A stretch of 64,000 bases of DNA from a virus. This document shows positions 32,101 to 41,100 of the stretch, piece after piece. Numbering within the stretch: the first letter of the stretch is position 1; every line of letters begins with the position of its first letter. Below the pieces are notes generated by a model, which was given only the letters and a program-made list of their open reading frames with translations, was not told where the DNA came from and ran no database searches. Both the position numbers and the translations under genes were made by a program. The stretch is from the IMG/VR virus record IMGVR_UViG_3300030107_001446, positions 135,259-199,258 of that record; one strand, given 5' to 3'.

Positions 32101-35100
32101 TTGGTAGAACACCTGAGTTACCATTTACAATAACTGATGCTACATTTGTACCTTCTACAGGTCATATGAGAGTATGGATTGGTGACCATGATTTAGTTGC
32201 AGGTGATTATGTAAGAATGACAGAAGAGTCAATCGGATTTACCTGTTTATTAGATAATAATATTTCCAAGAAATACTATCCTAGGTCATCTGGATCTAAC
32301 TACGTTGGTAACGGTGGTGCTGACCCATTCTGGAATAAGAGAATCCAGATTGCATATGCAGGTATGCCTTTAACTGCTACTACTGGCACATCATATAATC
32401 CTACAACTGGAGTTATGAGCATCTCTACTGATGCTCCTCATGGAATGAGTGACGGTGATGAAGTTAAGATTGCAACTGATTCATTAGTATTCACTTGTTT
32501 AGAAGATAACAACCAAACAAATCATACTTATCCTAGAGCAACTGATCCATTTAATGATAGATGGATGAGAGTTTCTAATACATCAACATATACATTTGAT
32601 GTCCAAGTATTGAGTTATGCTCCATCAACTAACTCAACAACTCATACATTTGTCCAAGCAAATGTAAATGGAATCACTAAGAAGGATGGCACAATTACTC
32701 TTGATGTAGGTGCATCCTCAGATACTACTGCTCATACTTACACTGCAACTCCTGGTTTAACTCCAACTGCTATTACTCATAATCCTGTAACAGGTATTAT
32801 GGATATCACAGTTGAAGGACACAAATTAATGGCAGGTGACTTTATTAAGATTGCTGATAATTCATTGACATTTACTTGTGCAATGGATAACCATGCATCT
32901 GACCATGTATATCCTCGTCCTGCTGACCCAGCTAGTGGATCATGGTTGAAAGTCTTAACTGCTACTACTGATACATTTACAGTACAAGTATTAAAAGATA
33001 TACCACAGAGTAATACTACAACTCATCTATTCAAGTCTGCTGTTGCTGAATGTATTACAAAATCTGTTATTAAAACTGGTGGTGTATATGACCACACTTA
33101 TGTAACATCTTCTGTTGGTGCTTTACGTCATGCAGGTGATAGTGTAAGACTTGCTCCTGATGCATTGACATTCCGTTGTGATGCTGATGGTCAAGCATCT
33201 GATCATGTATATCCTAGATCTGCTACTACACAACATACACCTTCAGATGTTGTATATAATCCTAACACTGGTAACCTTAAGTTTACAGTTAATAATCATG
33301 GATTCTTACCACATTCATATGTCAAGATTGCTGATAACTCTCTAACATTTACATGTGCTAAGGATGACAATGCTACTGGACATTTATATCCAAGACCTAC
33401 TGACCCTGTAAGTGGTAAGTGGGTGATGATTAATGATGTAAGTGCGAATACATTCACTGTTGAAGTATTAGATGTAATTCCATCTACAAATACTACAGTC
33501 CATACATTTGTATCTGCAACTTCTAACTGCATTACACATAAGAAAGACCACTTCTATGATACAAATATTCCTATCTACGAAGTAGGAATGACATCATCTA
33601 CACCTTCTAATGTTTCTTATAATCCAACATTAGGTGAGATGGTTGTTACTGTTAATAATACTCTTACTGGATGTAATAAGATTACACCTGATAGTGCTAC
33701 CTATTATCCTGCTACTGGTATTTTAAGAATACAGATGAATGGTCATCCTGTTAAGAATGGTCAAATGGTTTGGTTACAAGATGGAGCATTTACATTCCGT
33801 TGTGACGAAGATGGTCAAGCATCTGATCATGCTTATCCAAGACCTTCTGATCCTGCAAGTAATAAATTCCTTAAAGCATTTAATGTTGGCACAAATACTA
33901 TAGATGTTAACGTAGGATACTTTGAAGGACAAGGTGCAATTTCTAACCAAACAACTCATGTATTCCAGAGTGGTGCAATGAATGGAGTATGGCATGCAAA
34001 TTCTTATGTAATGTTTGAAGAGAATGCTGTTACATTCCAGTGCACTAAGGATAACAATGCAACTAATCATTCATATCCTAGACCTTCAGATCCATCATGG
34101 AATAAGTGGTTACCTGTATTCAATACTTCCTCTGGACAGTTTAGTGTTAAGGTTGGTAAGTCTGGTATTAATGACATTTACGATCATACTTTCGTTTCCT
34201 TTGCTACTGATGGTCTTAAGACACAAACTGGCACTATTAAATTAGATGTTGGTAATGGTCAAATTACAAACCCAACAACTCATGTATTCCAATCTGCTAA
34301 TGCTAATTCTTTAATTGGTGGTGGTGAATATACACACGACTTCAAATCAACAAATTCAACATACACTGTAACGGATGCTAACTATCTTCCTGCTACAGGT
34401 ATAATGACTCTTACAATTCCTAATCATGGATTCCAAGATGGTGAGAGTATTAAGATTTCTAATGATTCATTAGTATTCACATGTCTTCAAGACGCAGGTG
34501 GATCTGAGCACAGTTACCCAAGATATACAGACCCTGTTGCAGATAAATGGATTAAGATTCATAATTGCACAGATGATACATTTGATGTCCAAGTACTAGA
34601 GAATATTCCATCAACTAACCAGACTCTTCATACATTCAAACGTGCATCTGCTAATGGTGTAACAAGAGCAGTATTAGCAACTGGTGGTAACTACACTCAT
34701 AAGTTTATTGCTCCTGCACAATTAACTCCAACTAACGCAGTATACGATCCATCAACAGGTGTGATGACTGTAACTGTTACTAAGCATGGATTAAAGAATG
34801 GCACAAGAATTAAAGTTGAAGATGGATTCGTAACATTCACATGTGGTCAAGATAGTAACCAAACTAATCATTCATATCCTAGGGCATCTGACCCATTTAG
34901 TGATGAGTGGATGAAGGTATCTAACGTCACTACTGACACATTTGATATTCAAGTATTATTCAATATTCCATCTACAAATACTACACCTCATACATTTGTA
35001 TCTGGTAAACCTAAGAGTATAACTGTTGCTACTTTAATGAAGGGTAATGACAGTATTAAGATTGCTGACAATGGTTTAACATTCACATGTAGTAAAGATG

Positions 35101-38100
35101 GTAATTCTACTGAGCACACATATCCACGTCCTAATGTTGACCCATCATGGAATAATTCTCTAAGGATTGTTGATGATGGTGTATCACGTCATACTCCAAC
35201 AGATGCTTCTTATACTGCTACAACTGGAGTCCTAACATTAACAGTACCTAATCATGGTTGGTCTAATGGTCAGTATATTAGATTAGAAGATTATGCATTA
35301 GATTTAACTTGCACCATGGATGATGGTAGTGAGAATCATGCATATCCTAGAGGCACAGATCCTATTAGTAATAAGTGGTTAGAAATTTCTAACGTAACTG
35401 CATCTACATTTGATATTAATGTAGGCACTACACCTTCTGTCCAGTATACTCCTGCTGATGCTTCTTATGACCCATATTCAGGTCATATGGAATTGAATAT
35501 TGGTGCTCACCCACTTAAGGTTGGTCAAAGTGTTAAACTTGCTGATGGTGCTGTTACCTTTAGTTGTGACATGGATATGAATGCATCTAACCATGCATAT
35601 CCAAGGACAACTGTTGACACATTTACTCCAACAGCAGGAGCATATGATGGCACAACTGGTTATCTAACATTAACTCTTAATGGTCATGGATTTGATAACG
35701 GATCATTAATTAAGATTGCAGATAATGCTCTTACTGCTACCTGTGAAATGGATGGTAATTCATCAGGTAAGACATATCCAAGATCAACAGATCCTATTAG
35801 TGGAAAATGGAAACCTGTAGAGAATGCAACTGAAAATACATTTGATATTTTTGTTGGTAAGACAGAATTCAAGAGTTTCGATCCACAGCAAGTAGATTAT
35901 AATCCTGCTACAGGTAATATGGTAATCACTGTTGGTCCTGACCACGGTATTACAACTGCACATAGTGTTTACATTAATCGTGAATCAATGTGCTTCACTT
36001 GTGCACAAGATGGTCATGGAAGTGACCACTTCTATCCACGTCCTAATGGTAGTGGTGGTGCATCTGGTGATGACCCTGCATATCAAGAGGCTGTTGCTGT
36101 AACTGCTGTTGATGATAGCACTATAACAGTTAATGTTAACCCATCACCTTCTGGAGCATCTAATCATGCTCATATCTTCAAACCTGCTGTAGGTTTAACT
36201 CCACAGAATGTGACATATAGTGGTGTATCTGGTGTGATGACTGTTACCTATGCAAGTCATGGCATGATAACAGGTGAGCAGATTATGTTTGAGGATAATT
36301 CCTTAATCTTCACATGTGGTAAAGATGACCATGCTACTGAGCATGCTTATCCAAGACACGGTGACCCTGCAAGCAACAGATGGTTAACAATTACAAGAAT
36401 TGATGACAATAGATTCACTGTTAAAGTTTTAGATGAAACTCCTTCTACTAACACTTCTGCTCATACATTCAAGTATGCTAAAGCAGGTGCAATGAAGAGA
36501 GGATCTATCAGAGCAGGTGGATCATTTACACATACATTTACAACATTCGCATCAGGTGGTGTATCTCATAAGAGAGATAGAGCATATGACCATTCTATAG
36601 AAATTAAGAAAGTTGGTCATGGTGAATATACTGCTACAGGTGCAACATATAATGCTGAGACAGGTGTCCTACAATTAACAATTAATGGTCATCCATTTGC
36701 TAATGGTAACATGATTAAGTTGAAGCCTAATTCACTAATCATGACTTGTGATATGGATAACAATGCTACTAAGCACTCTTATCCTAGAAAGACAGATTTT
36801 GCTTATGATAGATGGTTAGAAATTTCCAACAAGCAAACAAATACTATTGATGTTAACGTTGGTAAAACACCTCGTGCTAACTACCTAGTTTCTGCTGCCA
36901 CATTTGACCCAACATCAGGTGACATGGAACTTACTATTGGTAAGCATGGATATCATGGTGGCACAACACATACAGTAACTAATGGTACCTATGATGCTAT
37001 AACTGGTAAGATGGTTATCACAGTTCCTGATCATGGATTCATTATTGGCGATAGAGTTAAGTTTGTAGATAATTCAATTTCATTCAAGTGTGGTATGGAT
37101 GGATATGATGTTGTTAAATCTTATCCAAGACCAACTGACCCTGCACATAACACATGGTTAGAAATTGATGATATAACACTTCATACATTCTCTATTAATG
37201 TTGGTACATCACCTAAGACAACTCATAACGTAACTAACGCTAATTACAATCCTACCAGTGGTGTAATGGAATTAACCATTGGATCACATAACTTGGATGT
37301 TGGTGATAGTATCAAACTTAAGCCAAATTCATTAACATTTACTTGTGATTATAATGGTGATGGTCAGACAACTCAGAAGACATATCCTCGCTCATCTGGT
37401 GCTGCTACTGCAAACGGTAAAGACTATGCTTATGATGCAGCATTGGTTATTACTGCTAAGACAGGAACATCAATCACAGTTAACGTTAACGGTGGTCAAG
37501 GTGCTATTACTGACGTAACTACTCACACATGGGCTGGTGGAACATCAGCAGGTGCTGTTATGTCTGGTGGTGGTTATGCACATCAATTCTGGTCTGCTGC
37601 TGCAAACGGACTTCAGAGAGCAAACGAATCAGTTTACATTGAGAATGAGTCATTAGTATTCAAGTGTAATAATGATGGTTATGCTACTGAGCACAAGTAT
37701 CCACGTGCTAATGGTCAAGGTGGTGCTACTGCTGATGACCCATATTATGATACTTCAGTTCCTATAGTTTCTGTAGGAGATGAAACTATTACAGTTAACG
37801 TTGGTAAATCTTCAGATACATCAACTCATCTATTTGTAAGGTCTGAAAATGCATTCGATGTTTCTGGTGCATCCTTCGTACCTGGCTCAGGTGAATTAAC
37901 AATCACAATGCCTAGTCATCCATTCACCTCAGGTGATAAGGTTATGCTTAAGGATCAAGGATTCACATTCACTTGTCAAGAAGATAATGACCAAACAACT
38001 CATTCATATCCTAGAGCATCAGACCCTGCTTCAAATAATACTTGGTTGACAGTTACTGTTGTAGATGCATCTAACTTTAAAGTTAACGTTGGTACTTCTT

Positions 38101-41100
38101 CTAACGTTACAACTCACACATGGGTATCATCATTACCTGGTGCTGTTATAAGAGGTGTAATTAGAGGTGGTGGAGTTTATGCTCATACCTTCGATAGTTT
38201 CGTTGATGGTGGAGTACAATGGAAGAATTCTACTATTAGTCTTGACGTTGGTGAGTCACCAGCTAAAGGATATGGTGTTAGTGGTGCATCCTTTGTACCT
38301 GCCACAGGTCTATTGACAATGACAATCGGCAACCATCAGCTTAAGACTGGTATGTATGCCAAGATTGCTAACAAGTCAATGGTATTCCGTTGCGACCAAG
38401 ACTCACAGCAAACTGACCACGTATATCCACGTCCTAATGGATTCAGTGGTGCTACAGGTAATGACCCTGCATACAATAATAGAGTAGAAATTACTTCTGT
38501 ATCTGCTGATAGTATTACAGTTGATGTTGGTACATCTTCTAACACTACAACTCATTATTTCCAAAACGCTAATAACGTTTACACACCAACTTTTGCATCA
38601 TATGACCCAACATCAGGTTTAATGAATATCAGCATTCCTGGTGACACTAAAAACGTTACAGGTGCTGCATACAACCCAACTTCTGGTACATTAGAATTAA
38701 CAATCGGTGCTCATACTTTAACTACAGATGATGTAATTAAGTTGAAGCCTAATTCATTAACATTCACTTGTGATTATGGTGGAGATGGAAACGTAACTCA
38801 GAAGACATATCCTCGTGCACAAGGTGCATCTACTTCTGATGGAAAAGATTATGCATATGATACTGCATTAGCAATTACTGCTGTAGACCAAGCAGGTGGC
38901 ACAATCACAGTTAACGTTAACGGTGGTCAGGGTGCTATCACTGATACTACTACCCATACATTCCAATCTGCACTTGCAGGTGCTGTTATCGTTGGTAACG
39001 GTTTCATAGATGGTGAGTATATTAAGATTGCTGATGATGCATTTAAGTTTACTTGTGATAAGGATAATAACGTTACATATCACGATTATCCAAGAGCATC
39101 AGATCCATCAAGTGGAAGATGGTTGAAGATTTCTAACTGTAATGTTGATACATTCGATGTCCAAGTATTACAAAACGTACCTTCCACAAACACAACTGAC
39201 CATACATTTGTATCTGCTGTAGCATCTAGTATTCAGAGGTCTGTTGTTACTATCGGTGGTGAGTATAATCATACATTCGTATCTGCTGTTAGTGGTGGTG
39301 TAACTGCGGGTGGAAACTATACACATACATTTGCATCTGCTAAGCCAAATTCACTACACAGACAGAGTGGTAAGATTACAGTTAATGTAAATGTTGCTGC
39401 TACTGCTGACCTATATGACCATACATTTGTTAGTGCAATTCCTGGTGCTGTTATAGCAGGTGGTAATTATATGCACTCATTTGTATCTGCTGCCACAGGT
39501 GGAATTGAGAAAGCAAATTCATATATCTTGATAAAAGATGGTGCTCTTAACTTCACATGTGATTTAGATGATTATGAAACTGAGCACTTATATCCTAGAG
39601 ATACAGACCATGCAAGTAATGAATGGTTGGCAGTATCTAATGTCACTGTGGATACATTTGATGTCCAAGTATTGAAAGGAGTCCCATCATCATTCTTAGG
39701 TAAGCATACATTTGTATCTTGTGCTGAAGGTGGTATATGGAAGCAAGACGGTACTATTAAGATTAACGTTGGACCTTCACCTGCGGGTAATACATATGCT
39801 CACAGATTTGTAAGTGCTAACTCTGGTGCTTTAATACAGGGTGGTAACTATAGACATAACTTTGTATCTGCTGCATCTGGATGCATTAAGGTAACAAATA
39901 GTGGTGCTACATTAACACCTACTGATGCATACTACGTCCCAACAACAGGTAAGTTAACTCTAACTGTTGCAGGTCATAGTTTAACAACTGATGATACTAT
40001 TGAAATTGATACTAACGGATTAACATTCACATGTAGTCAAGACCAGAATGCAACTAACCACACATATCCTCGTGTGACAGACTATGCTGACGGTAAGAAA
40101 TTACATGTCCAAATGTCTAACTCATGGGCATGGCCTACTCAAGATTTGAAATACTTCAGGTCACGTCAGGTATCACAAAACTACACAGGTACAGAAGGTG
40201 CTCCAGTAGAAACTGAGATTACACAACTCATACAATTTGTAACTGATGGACTTACTAATCCTAACACAGTTGCAAGTAGGTCTTACATCATGCCTACTGT
40301 ATGGCCTGTTAAGTATACTCCAGAAGTTGTAGTAAGAGATCTTACTATTCAATATGATACAGCACAGGGTGGACAAGGTAACCAAGGTACATGGAATCAA
40401 ACATGTCAAAACGTTGCTTCAACAATCGCTACTGTTGCTGATATCTACATTCAAACAATAGCAGAGGCAGCAAATAATAATGTTAACTACTTAACTTCAA
40501 ACGTTACTAAGACATTCCCATTCAATAGCAACACAATATATCAAGATGGCACATGCTATAACGTAACATCTGCTATTGATACGTTGTTTGATATTATGAA
40601 GCATACACTTGGTGCTGGATCAAATAACTCCAAGAATATCGCTAACATGATACTCTTCAATCAGCAAGCAATAGCAGGAAGAGCATTTGGTGAGACACAG
40701 GTTAACTGGCCTACAACTAATCTAACTATTGACTTTGCTAATGATGTCCTTGCAGCAGTACGTTATGACTTAGTAACTGGTGGTAACTCAGGTGCATTTG
40801 AATTAGCACAACAGTGGTTTGACGGTGAAGGTAACTTCATAGCATTCCCAACCGTAGTTAGGACACACATCTTATATTGTTTAACAAGAGTTAGAGAATA
40901 TATTAAGAGTGTTATGTATCTTGTTGGTGAAGATGCTGTATGGAATAATTACGATGTATATGTCCCAGAAGGAAGACTTGAGTGGAATCAAGAAGCAGTT
41001 GAATTTATGGTTGACTCTTCACTTAACCCACTTGAATTTGCTTTAGAGAGAGGAGAATTCCCAACAGAAGCAAGAGTCCAGTGGATTGCATCTAGTGATG

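Noticed and set aside
37479-37490. 12-bp palindrome GTTAACGTTAAC (also near 38910)
   Set aside because: It is explained by the codons for Val-Asn-Val-Asn inside a duplicated coding repeat.
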